Source: Antedon mediterranea (Eukaryota > Animalia > Echinodermata). From it: a DNA stretch of 64,000 nt. Below the pieces are notes generated by a model. The model had not been told where the DNA came from and ran no database searches. It saw only the letters and a list, made by a program, of their open reading frames with translations. The position numbers and the translations under genes were made by a program. Below, in pieces: positions 12,201 through 22,117 of this stretch. The stretch's first letter is position 1. The number at the start of each line of letters is the position of its first letter. The stretch lies in the NCBI RefSeq assembly GCF_964355755.1, contig NC_092670.1:35576388-35640387 (forward strand), in the 5' to 3' direction.

Positions 12201-15200
12201 ATCGTTATCCCGGTCCATGCCGTTTATAACGTACTTATAGCCTTATATATCATCCGGTTATATTGCATTTTTTATTTAAAAAAACGTTAAATTGTAGTAA
12301 CATTTTGAAATGGCGTAAAATGATAGCTAGACGGCATGGACCGGGGCAAGTGGTATTTTTCTGAATTGACTGGACCCTACTTGCCCCAACCGATGTATCG
12401 TCATCCCGGTCCATGCCCTTTATAACGTAATTATAGTCCTATAAATCATATGTTTACATTGCATTTTTTATGAAAACCTTAAATTGTAGTAACGTTTTAA
12501 AATGGCGTATAATGACAGCTAGACGGCTTGGACCGGGGTAAGAGGTATTTTTCTTAAATGACTGGACCCTACTCGCCCCAACCCATGTATCGTAATCCCG
12601 GTCCATGCCGTTTATAACGTAATTATAGCCCTATATTTCATCAGGTTATATTGCATTTTTTATAAAAACGTTAAATTGTAGTAAGGTTTTAAAATGGCGT
12701 GAAATGGCAGCTAGACGGCATGGACCGGGTCAAGTGGTATTTTTCTGAAACTACTGGACCCTACTAGCCCCAACCCATGTATCGTCATCCCGGTCCATGC
12801 CGTTTATAACGTAATTATAGCCCTATAAATCATTCGGTTATATTGCATTTTGTATTTAAAAAAATTAAATTGTAGTAACAGTAACGTTTTAAAATGGCTT
12901 AAAATGACAGCTAGACGGCATGGACCGGGGCAAGTGGTATTTTTCTGAATTGACTGGACCCTACTCGCCCCAACCCATGTATCGTTATCCCGGTCCATGC
13001 TGTTTATCACGTAATTATAGCCCTATATATCATCCTGTTATATTGCATTTTTTATTTAAAAAAACGTTAAATTGTAGTAACGTTTTAAAATGGCTTAAAA
13101 TGACAGCTAGACGGCATGGACCGGGGCAAGTGGTATTTTTCTGAAATGAATGGACCCTACTCGCCCCAACCCATGTATCGTTATCCCGGTCCATGCTGTT
13201 TATCACGTAATTATAGCCCTATATATCATCCTGTTATATTGCATTTTTTATTTAAAAAAACGTTAAATTGTAGTAACATTTTGAAATGGCGTAAAATGAT
13301 AGCTAGACGGCATGGACCGGGGCAAGTGGTATTTTTCTGAATTGACTGGACGCTACTTGCCCCAACCGATGTATCGTCATCCCGGTCCATGCCGTTTATA
13401 ACGTAATTATAGCCCTATAAACCATTCGGTTATATTGCATTTTTTATTTAAAAAAACGTTAAATTGTAGTAACGTTTTAAAATGGCGTAAAATGATAGCT
13501 AGACGGCATGGACCGGGGCAAGTGGTATTTTTCTGAATTGACTGGACCCTACTTGCCCCAACCCGTGTATCGTCATCCCGGTCCATGCCGTTTATAACGT
13601 AATTATAGCCCTATAAATCATATGTTTACATTGCATTTTTTATGAAAACCTTAAATTGTAGTAACGTTTTAAAATGGCGTATAATGACAGCTAGACGGCA
13701 TGGACCGGGGCAAGTGGTATTTTTCTGAAATGAATGGACCCTACTCGCCCCAACCCATGTATCGTTATCCCGGTCTATGCCGTTTATAACGTAATTATAG
13801 CCCTATAAACCATTCGGTTATATTGCATTTTTTATTTAAAAAAACGTTAAATTGTAGTAAAGTTTTAAAATGGCGTGAAATGGCAGCTAGACGGCATGGA
13901 CCGGGTCAAGTGGTATTTTTCTGAAACTACTGGACCCTACTAGCCCCAACCCATGTATCGTCATCCCGGTCCATGCCGTTTATAACGTAATTATAGCCCT
14001 ATAAAACATTCGGTTATATTGCATTTTTTATAAAAAAAACCGTTAAATTGTATAATAATATAATAATAATAATAAGATTTTTATAGCGCACATACCACTC
14101 CAGAGTGCTCAAGGCGCATAACGTTTTAAAATGGCGTAAAATGATAGCTAGACGGCATGGACCGGGGCAAGTGGTATTTTTCTGAATTGACTGGACCCTA
14201 CTCGTCCCAACCCATGTATCGTCATCCCGGTCCATGCCGTTTATAACGTAATTACAGCCCTATATATCATCCGGTTATATTGCATTTTTTATAAAAACGT
14301 TAAATTGTAGTAAGGTTTTAAAATGGCGTGAAATGGCAGCTAGACGGCATGGACCGGGTCAAGTGGTATTTTTCTGAAACTACTGGACCCTACTAGCCCC
14401 AACCCATGTATCGTCATCCCGGTCCATGCCGTTTATAACGTAATTATAGCCCTATAAATCATTCGGTTATATTGCATTTTTTATTAAAAAAAACCCGTTA
14501 AATTGTAGTAACGTTTTAAAATGGCGTAAAATGATAGCTAGACGGCATGGACCGGGGCAAGTGGTATTTTTCTGAATTGACTGGACCCTACTTGCCCCAA
14601 CCCATGTATCGTCATCCCGGTCCATGCCGTTTATAACGTAATTATAGCCCTATAAATCATACGTTTACATTGCATTTTTTATGAAAACCTTAAATTGTAG
14701 TAACGTTTTAAAATGGCGTAAAATGACAGCTAGACGGCATGGACCGGGGTAAGAGGTATTTTTCTGAAATAACTGGACCCTACTCGCCCCAACCCATGTA
14801 TCGTCATCCCGGTCCATGCCGTTTATAACGTAATTATAGCCCTATATTTCATCCGGTTATATTGCAATTTTTATAAAAACGTGAAATTGTAGTAAGGTTT
14901 TAAAATGGCGTGAAATGGCAGCTAGACGGCATGGACCGGGTCAAGTGGTATTTTTTTTAAACTACTGGACCCTACTAGCCCCAACCCATGTATCGTCATC
15001 CCGGTCCATGCCGTTTATAACGTAATTATAGCCCTATAAATCATTCGGTTATATTGCATTTTTTATTTTTAAAAATTAAATTGTAGGACCGGTAACGTTT
15101 TAAAATGGCGTAAAATGACAGCTAGACGGCATGGACCGGGGCAAGTGGTATTTTTCTGAAATGACTGGACCCTACTCGCCCCAACCCATGTATCGTCATC

Positions 15201-16790
15201 CTGGTCCATGCCGTTTATCACGTAATTATAGCCCTATAAATCATCCGGTTATATTGAATTTTTTATTTAAAAAAACGTTAAATTGTAGTAACGTTTTAAA
15301 ATGGCGTAAAATGACAGCTAGACGGCATGGACCGAGGCAAGTGGTATTTTTCTGAAACGACAGGACCCTACTAGCCCCAACCCATGTATCATCATCCCGG
15401 TCCATGCCGTTTATAACGTAATTATAGCCCTATAAATCATACGGTTATATTGCATTTTTTATTTAAAAAAACTTAAATTGTGGTAACGTTTTAAAATGGC
15501 GTAAAATGATAGCTAGACGGCATGGACCGGGGCAAGTGGTATTTTTCTGAATTGACTGGACCCTACTTGCCCCAACCCATGTATCGTCATCCCGGTCCAT
15601 GCCGTTTATAACGTAATTATAGACCTATAAATCATACGTTTACATTGCATTTTTTATGAAAACCTTAAATTGTAGTAACGTTTTAAAATGGCGTAAAATG
15701 ACAGCTTGACGGCATGGACCGGGGTAAGAGGTATTTTTCTGAAATAGCTGGACCCTACTCGCCCCAACCCATGTATCGTCATCCCGGTCCATGCCGTTTA
15801 TAACGTAATTATAGCCCTATATTTCATCCGGTTATATTGCAATTTTTATAAAAACGTGAAATTGTAGTAAGGTTTTAAAATGGCGTGAAATGGCAGCTAG
15901 ACGGCATGGACCGGGTCAAGTGGTATTTTTTTTAAACTACTGGACCCTACTAGCCCCAACCCATGTATCGTCATCCCGGTCCATGCCGTTTATAACGTAT
16001 TTATAGCCCTATAAATCATTCGGTTATATTGCATTTTTTATTTTTAAAAATTAAATTGTAGGACCGGTAACGTTTTAAAATGGCGTAAAATGACAGCTAG
16101 ACGGCATGGACCGGGGCAAGTGGTATTTTTCTGAATTGACTGGACCCTACTCGCCCCAACCCATGTATCGTCATCCCGGTCCATGCCGTTTATCACGTAA
16201 TTATAGCCCTATAAATCATCCGGTTATATTGAATTTTTTATTTAAAAAAACGTTAAATTGTAGTAACGTTTTAAAATGGCGTAAAATGACAGCTAGACGG
16301 CATGGACCGAGGCAAGTGGTATTTTTCTGAAACGACAGGACCCTACTAGCCCCAACCCATGTATCGTCATCCCGGTCCATGCCGTTTATAACGTAATTAT
16401 AGCCCTATAAATCATACGGTTATATTGCATTTTTTATAAAAAAAAACTTAAATTGTGGTAACGTTTTAAAATGGCGTAAAATGGCAGCTAGACGGCATGG
16501 ACCGGGGCAAGTGGTATTTTTCTGAAATGACTAGATCCTACTCGCCCCAATCCATGTATCGTCATCCCGGTCCATGCCGTTTATCACGTAATTATAGCCC
16601 TATAAATCATCCGGTTATATTGCATTTTTTATTTTAAAAAACGTTAAATTGTAGTAAGGTTTTAAAATGGCGTAAAATGACAGCTAGACGGCAAGGACCG
16701 GGGCAAGTGGTATTTTTCTGAAACGACTGGACCCTACTAGCCCGAACCCATGTATCGTCATCCCGGTCCATGCCGTTTATAACGAAGTTA
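3207..16790 (+). repeat. Right arm of ~195-bp satellite array (~70 monomers) with higher-order repeats
   Basis: Unit AGCTAGACGGCATGGACCGGGGCAAGTGG...CCCGGTCCATGCCGTTTATAACGTAATT. Diagnostic variants recur at 2136, ~1563 and 975 bp spacings. Confidence 0.97.
14053..14118 (-). mobile_element. ~66-bp 3' tail of an L2-type LINE/SINE inserted in one satellite monomer
   Basis: Interrupts TTGTA(G)TAACG. The reverse complement reads TGCGCCTTGAGCACTCTGGAGTGGTATGTGCGCTATAAAAATC(TTA)n, resembling the L2-type 3' end at ~39960-40023. Confidence 0.7.
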
Positions 16791-17178
16791 TAGCCCTATA
16801 AATCATAGCCCTAGTTAATCTAAGCCGTAAGTATAAAATCATTTAATTAAAATATTACACATATTGCGCCCCATACATGTGAATGTGAATGTCGAATAAG
16901 GATCCAACTTCACAAAAAAAATTGAATATCGAATAAGGAATAAGTAACCAACTTCACGCCGGTTAAACCTAGTGTTCTGTATGTAGGCCTATTACAATCA
17001 CACTGAACTAAAAATAAGTTATATTAAACATTGCTGATAATTAACCTAATCATTAACTGTAGTTAGAAACCTGATAATAACACCTAACTTACGTTTATCA
17101 GCTTTACAAAAGAACAGTAAATACGTAAGTTTAGTTCTCGACTGCAAGTGAGGAACAAAGAAAAACGTTTACACTAGA

Positions 17179-17220
17179 ACTTGGAAATTCCAATTCGTTG
17201 TGCTTTATCACGTGATGTTT
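17179..17220 (-). promoter_or_regulatory. Duplicated promoter module (kappaB-like GGAAATTCC plus E-box TCACGTGA), copy 1
   Basis: ACTTGGAAATTCCAATTCG..TGCTTTATCACGTGATGTTT is nearly identical to 21112-21152. It lies ~90 bp upstream of a minus-strand GTAAGT donor at ~17090. Confidence 0.5.
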
Positions 17221-18038
17221 TTCTTTCAGAAACGTCACTAGAATAACGACCTGTGATACGTCTAGTCAGAGGCAGAGGGAGGTGTAATATGTTATTAGGC
17301 CCTATATATATGTTATGTATTATGAAATAAATGCCTCTTAGATATGAAATACCTGTAATAGAACACAATTAATATCAAGAAGTGACAAATACAGTTAGGG
17401 GCCTACCAATTGTATCAAAATGCAGGATGCATGCTTGATAAATTGCAGATCACACATTCTACTACATAGAAATGTGGTATAATACTATAATATTATGTAT
17501 AATGCATGTGGCGGGGCGTTCAAATGACGTTGTTTACTGTTTCGTACATTACCGTATCACAACGAAAATGAATGTTTAGTATCTAGCAGTAACAGCTGTG
17601 TAGCATACATTGTTAAAACTGTAGTTATAAAACCGGGAAAAACAAAGGCTTACTTTCGTAAGTTCAGTTGAGTCAAATAAGGTTTTACTATGAATATTAG
17701 TTTTGGTAGAGAAATTTCGATTTTGTTTTTAATTTACCGATTTCAATTACGCATGATATCTAACGTGTAATCTTACGAACCTTTCTAAATGGTTATGAAT
17801 TTTTAGAGCGTAAAAACAAAAGTATTTAAGCGCTGTGAAAACACGTGAAACGGAGTATTAAGCTGAGGTTAAAGTTATAGAAACGGTCTTGAGCAGGCAA
17901 ATGAGGTTTTAAAAATACAAACAAAAGAAGTAGAAAAAATAATGCTAGCGAATTCTACAACTTTGGTGGAGAAAACTATCAATATCGTTCGCCGTGACTT
18001 CATACAGGTGATAAAGATAATGTGAAAGTTCAGACATT

Positions 18039-18192
18039 TAGCGAGTGAGCGGTAGACAGTGGACAGTAGCCATGACATCGGCAAAGGGTTCGAGGCTCAC
18101 TAACTGGTTCTGGTGGTAGAACGACCAATCTTCTCGAATAAGGACTATAAACCGTAGGTCCAGTGTACACTTAGCTCATGTGCACTTTAAAG
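18039..18192 (+). mobile_element. tRNA-derived SINE fragment with Deu/Nin-like core
   Basis: A-box-like TAGCGAGTGAGCGG and B-box GGGTTCGAGGC, followed by TTCTCGAATAAGGACTATAAACCGTAGGTCC...GCACTTTAAAG, which resembles the Deu/Nin SINE domain. Confidence 0.55.
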
Positions 18193-18559
18193 TGTGCAAT
18201 TAGGAATGGACCATTTACCACCTGTTGGTACAGATCCTTCACTATAAGAGTTAGTGAGAAGTTGAATAATTTGTGTGTATTTGTAACGTTCGTCATTGGA
18301 AAATGATGCCATAATATGATTACATTTATGAAAATGGGTACAGAGGCGAGGTAACGAGAATATTGTTCTCAAAATAACATCAAACTCGGCTAAAACATAT
18401 AAGCAATATAACATGATATATAATTTATAAGAGGGAAATAATGATGAAATGCAGAAATTCTTACAGTTTCGACAAATAATATTTATTTTTCTGACTTTAC
18501 ATGTTTTTAGCCTAAATTAAACAAGCAACACCGCAGCCTAAAACGTCTTTCTTCAAAAT

Positions 18560-20319
18560 TTACAAAGGACTGTTATGGAATTGATCGTAACCAGATACAT
18601 TCTGATTGGGTGGTGGCGATGTTTGAACCACCACAACACTCCTTCCCCAGCGGCGACAACAACAGCAATAGCAGCACGTGATACACATAAGTACTACCAA
18701 ACTGACAATAAACCTGTGGAATGAAGTAGGGGGAGACAGTGAGAGGAGGAGGAGGAGGAGATATAGAAATGAGTTTCAAGTAATAAGCCTTCAATAATAA
18801 TGTATTCATATGAATCACATATTTATTTTTGTATCATTCTGTTTAGAATAAACTCGAGAGAGCACCATACTCTCCCAATTATCCCGTCATCTTGTAACAA
18901 AACGTATTATAAACATTATACATACCACACCCACCACAATGTGACAATGGAACAACACGTTTCATAATTGCAGCAATATTCATCACTTGAACATCTAAAA
19001 TAAACAGAAATTGAATTATTTCATAATTTGACTATTCTACTTCCTCTTGGATATAAATAAACTCTTGACAAATTACTAAACGATAAATATACTCACTGAA
19101 TTATAAAGCAATTCTGAAAAATAAAACAGAGCTTATATTAATAATTACATTTTGACTCAGAAATATTATCTTCCATTGGTGAACAACATTAAAATCACAA
19201 GTTTGGTAGTGTTTATCAATTGTCGGTCGTTCCTTTTTTTTTCATTCAAGTTTATTCAAAAAAATAATCACAACTGGCAGTAGTAAAACTGAATTACATG
19301 TGATGTACAAATGATAAAATATTTAAAAAGGTGAATATAGATAAAAACATGTAAAGTTACAAGTGAAAAACGCCAAAACACCAACAAAGTTAATATAAAA
19401 ATGAACATATGTAAAAGAGGCAACATTAAAAAAGATTTTGGATCAATTTGGATACTTATACATTGGTTGTTTACAATTTAGACATAAAATAGTTATTATT
19501 AAAAGTTGCTTTGTCTTTCATTGCATTGGATAACTGGTAAACAAGCAGTAGACACAATATTTTCACAACATGTATCACATCTCTGTCATACTATTCAAAG
19601 GTTACAGAAGTACTTTATGGCAAAATAAACGGATTGTTTTCGTGCGATTCTTTCTAAATGCTCTTATTCAAGATTCAAGAAATGTTATTTGTCCATAAAA
19701 ATGGAAATTCACTTGGCTTGGTAGATTAAAACAACAATATTGCAACAATTTAAAACGTGCAGTATTATAACAGATTAAAAAAACAAGATAAAAGTTAAAA
19801 ATACTGTTAAAAATGTAAAACTATTTAAAAATTACATTGTCGTCTTACATTAGAATTAAAAATATGAATGCTATTTACAACGAAGGATTTTCTAGTTCTA
19901 CAAAGATTTGCTCTTGGAGGTTGTAGCCTAATACCTGATCTATTTAAGTTATAACAGTAATGTAACGGATAAGTGGGGTCTTTCATAATATTGTTTACTT
20001 TTTTCATAGATAAATGAACAAGGCGTTAGATCAGCTTTAATAATACGTTGTGCAATTTTACGTGGTCATATCCTCACACCAATTAACAAATCTTCCAACT
20101 TCATTAACAAATTCATTTACATTATGCTTACTATCGCAAAGAAAACCACTAATTACAGTATCGTCAGATAGGATATGTTTAATTAAGCAATTGACGACTA
20201 ATCAATATAGATCTTACTGTTGAATTTATGAAAGTAATTTTTGAAAATACTAAACTTACGTAGTCTGCAAGAACATTTGGAAGAAAAACAACTAGAAAAA
20301 GTGTTGGCAGTTTAAGCAT
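18560..20319 (-). CDS. Small Cys-rich type I membrane protein, WBP1/VOPP1/Shisa-like (paralog A, 99 aa)
   Basis: Four GT-AG exons in frame: 20319-20260, 19113-19097 (17-bp microexon), 18994-18926, 18713-18560. Protein: MLKLPTLFLVVFLPNVLADYNCFIIQCSSDEYCCNYETCCSIVTLWWVWFIVSLVVLMCITCCYCCCCRRWGRSVVVVQTSPPPNQNVSGYDQFHNSPL. It has a signal peptide, a C-C-CC-CC ectodomain, WWxW, a TM segment and a Cys cluster. A probable 5' UTR exon ends at 21018. Confidence 0.85.
19668..20175 (-). mobile_element. Internally deleted LINE 3' fragment (Rex1/Babar-like) in intron of paralog A
   Basis: Y(S)DDTVISGF RT remnant at ~20170; C-terminal DPTYPLH..RSG.R..RTRKSF ORF at 19825-20007; TCTTGAA-repeat tail at ~19670. 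Confidence 0.65.
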
Positions 20320-20487
20320 CTTGATCAGTCTGAAAAGAATAATAATAAATCTGATAGGCTTATACAAACAGGCATATAGGTGGTGGAGAGATTAGAGAAA
20401 TAGAAAGTGTAACATGGTGGGTCCAAACCCTATTAGTCACACAGGCTATTCACCCCTTACTCTCCTCGATGTTTACTTAACTTGGAA

Positions 20488-20489
<2 letters not shown>

Positions 20490-20524
<35 letters not shown>
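20490..20524. repeat. (CTA)n microsatellite
   Basis: About 11 perfect CTA units. Confidence 0.9.
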
Positions 20525-20525
<1 letters not shown>

Positions 20526-21111
20526 TGTGTTGTGTCTTTCAAAGAAAGTCAAACAGGATGTGATACCATTTAATTAGTCATCCTTCCTGTGTCCCCTTAA
20601 TATAATTTTTTTTAAAGTTAAGTTAGTTAGGGTATTGATTTCTAAGACTATAACATCAATCAGAATCACTACATTTTCACATTGTTTATAATCTTGCTGT
20701 TGATTAAATAAATATTATTTTGATGCATTTAATAATGTTGTGCTATCGTTATTGTCTTGACCCTCGAGATGAATTTTACATCGTTTTAACTTAAGAGGCT
20801 TTTAAAATGTTCGATTAAATTGAACATTTAAATGATAAATAACTACAGTTAATTCGGTTTCCGCTATTGAAATAATTCATCTAACCATAGAAGAATAAAT
20901 CATAGCCTAACCCATAACAACATATTCTATAATTTAAATTACAATACTGATAATATGTCAATCTAAAATTCTAGTTAGGCCTATAATATATAATTATAAT
21001 AATAATAAATTACTTACGCCTCATAAAAACTAAAAACCAATTGATACAATGTTAACCTGAATACTCAACTGTGAGGTTCAAAGATGAGAATGACCAAAAA
21101 AAGAACGTTGT

Positions 21112-21152
21112 ACTTGGAAATTCCAATTCGCGCTGCTTATCACATGATGTTT
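21112..21152 (-). promoter_or_regulatory. Duplicated promoter module copy 2, upstream of paralog A first exon
   Basis: ACTTGGAAATTCCAATTCG..TGCTTATCACATGATGTTT; a minus-strand GTAAGT donor lies at 21017. Confidence 0.5.
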
Positions 21153-22117
21153 AATTTGTTTAGATAACGTACGTATACTCTACTCTGATACGTCATGAAC
21201 CAGCTTACATTTTTTTAAATAAATTTTATAAGTTGTTTGTATTGGAGAATAATTTTCTAACCTCTTGCATTTAAAACGGACCGAAACATAGACCATAAGT
21301 GAATGCAATTTTCGTTTCGTGGAAAATTCGTTATACATGTTAGTATACACTATAAAGAATTTACAGATAACACACATTGAATTTCATCGAACTATACCGT
21401 TCAGAATTCTAAGATGTTTTTAAACAAGGTCATAATCATACACATGGCTGCAGTCGGGTGCTCAAGTTAGTGTTCAACGATTAACCGATCGACCAACCGA
21501 CCGAAATAGTGAGAAAATAACAAGGAATTGCACAGCGTTATCTTGTAGTAAATTCTATCAGCTGTATACCTTTCTCATGTTTAGTACAGTAATCTACCAT
21601 TTCAAGAACTAACTCGGAATATATATATTAAAGATATTTCTAATTATTGAATATTAAAAATAAAGTCGTGTTTTAAACAACCCGGTGATGCAACTTGTTT
21701 GCTGATAATATTATTAGCTTGGTTAGTGATCCTATGAAACAGTTTGCTTTTGTGTGTTTTGTGTTACAAATTCCTTTGTGTTATTAAACTCTATTTAAGA
21801 TAAATTAATTATTAACACAAGGTTCAGTTTTACATTTCTTGTTTTGCCGTTTTTACATTTGATTTACATTTTGTATAATTTCACCAAAAAAAAAAGAAAT
21901 GCGTTATCTATAATTTTTAATAAATCTTTTATTTAATTGAATAATTGAAGAACAATTGGATTTAGACAGTGTTTATGAAATTATTTTAAAAGTAGTTTTT
22001 ATACAGTTATTATAGAAATATCAAGTCCCAGTTGAAATTTTAATAATAGCAAAATAGATGCATTATAGTGCAGACGCCATTTAAGACTAATAGAGCAAAT
22101 CAACCGTGGACATTTAG

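Larger units (their letters stand above)
1259..16963. mobile_element. 15.7-kb Foldback/Mutator-type TIR element filled with a ~195-bp satellite; no transposase ORF
   Basis: Left end ACCGGCGTGAAGTT (1259) is the reverse complement of right end AACTTCACGCCGGT (16963). About 175 bp of unique TIR plus the outer satellite monomers are mirrored. Direct repeat TAAACCTAG at 1250-1258 and 16964-16972 is a 9-bp TSD, typical of MULE/Foldback. Confidence 0.93.

Noticed and set aside
1584-16330. Repeated 60-74 aa ORFs (MDRGKWYF..., MDRNDDTW...)
   Set aside because: Chance open frames in the satellite on both strands, present only where indels happen to remove stops.
1435-16790. CRISPR-like array (conserved repeats with intervening spacers)
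   Set aside because: The intervening segments are homologous to each other rather than unique, the context is eukaryotic and there are no cas genes. It is a satellite.
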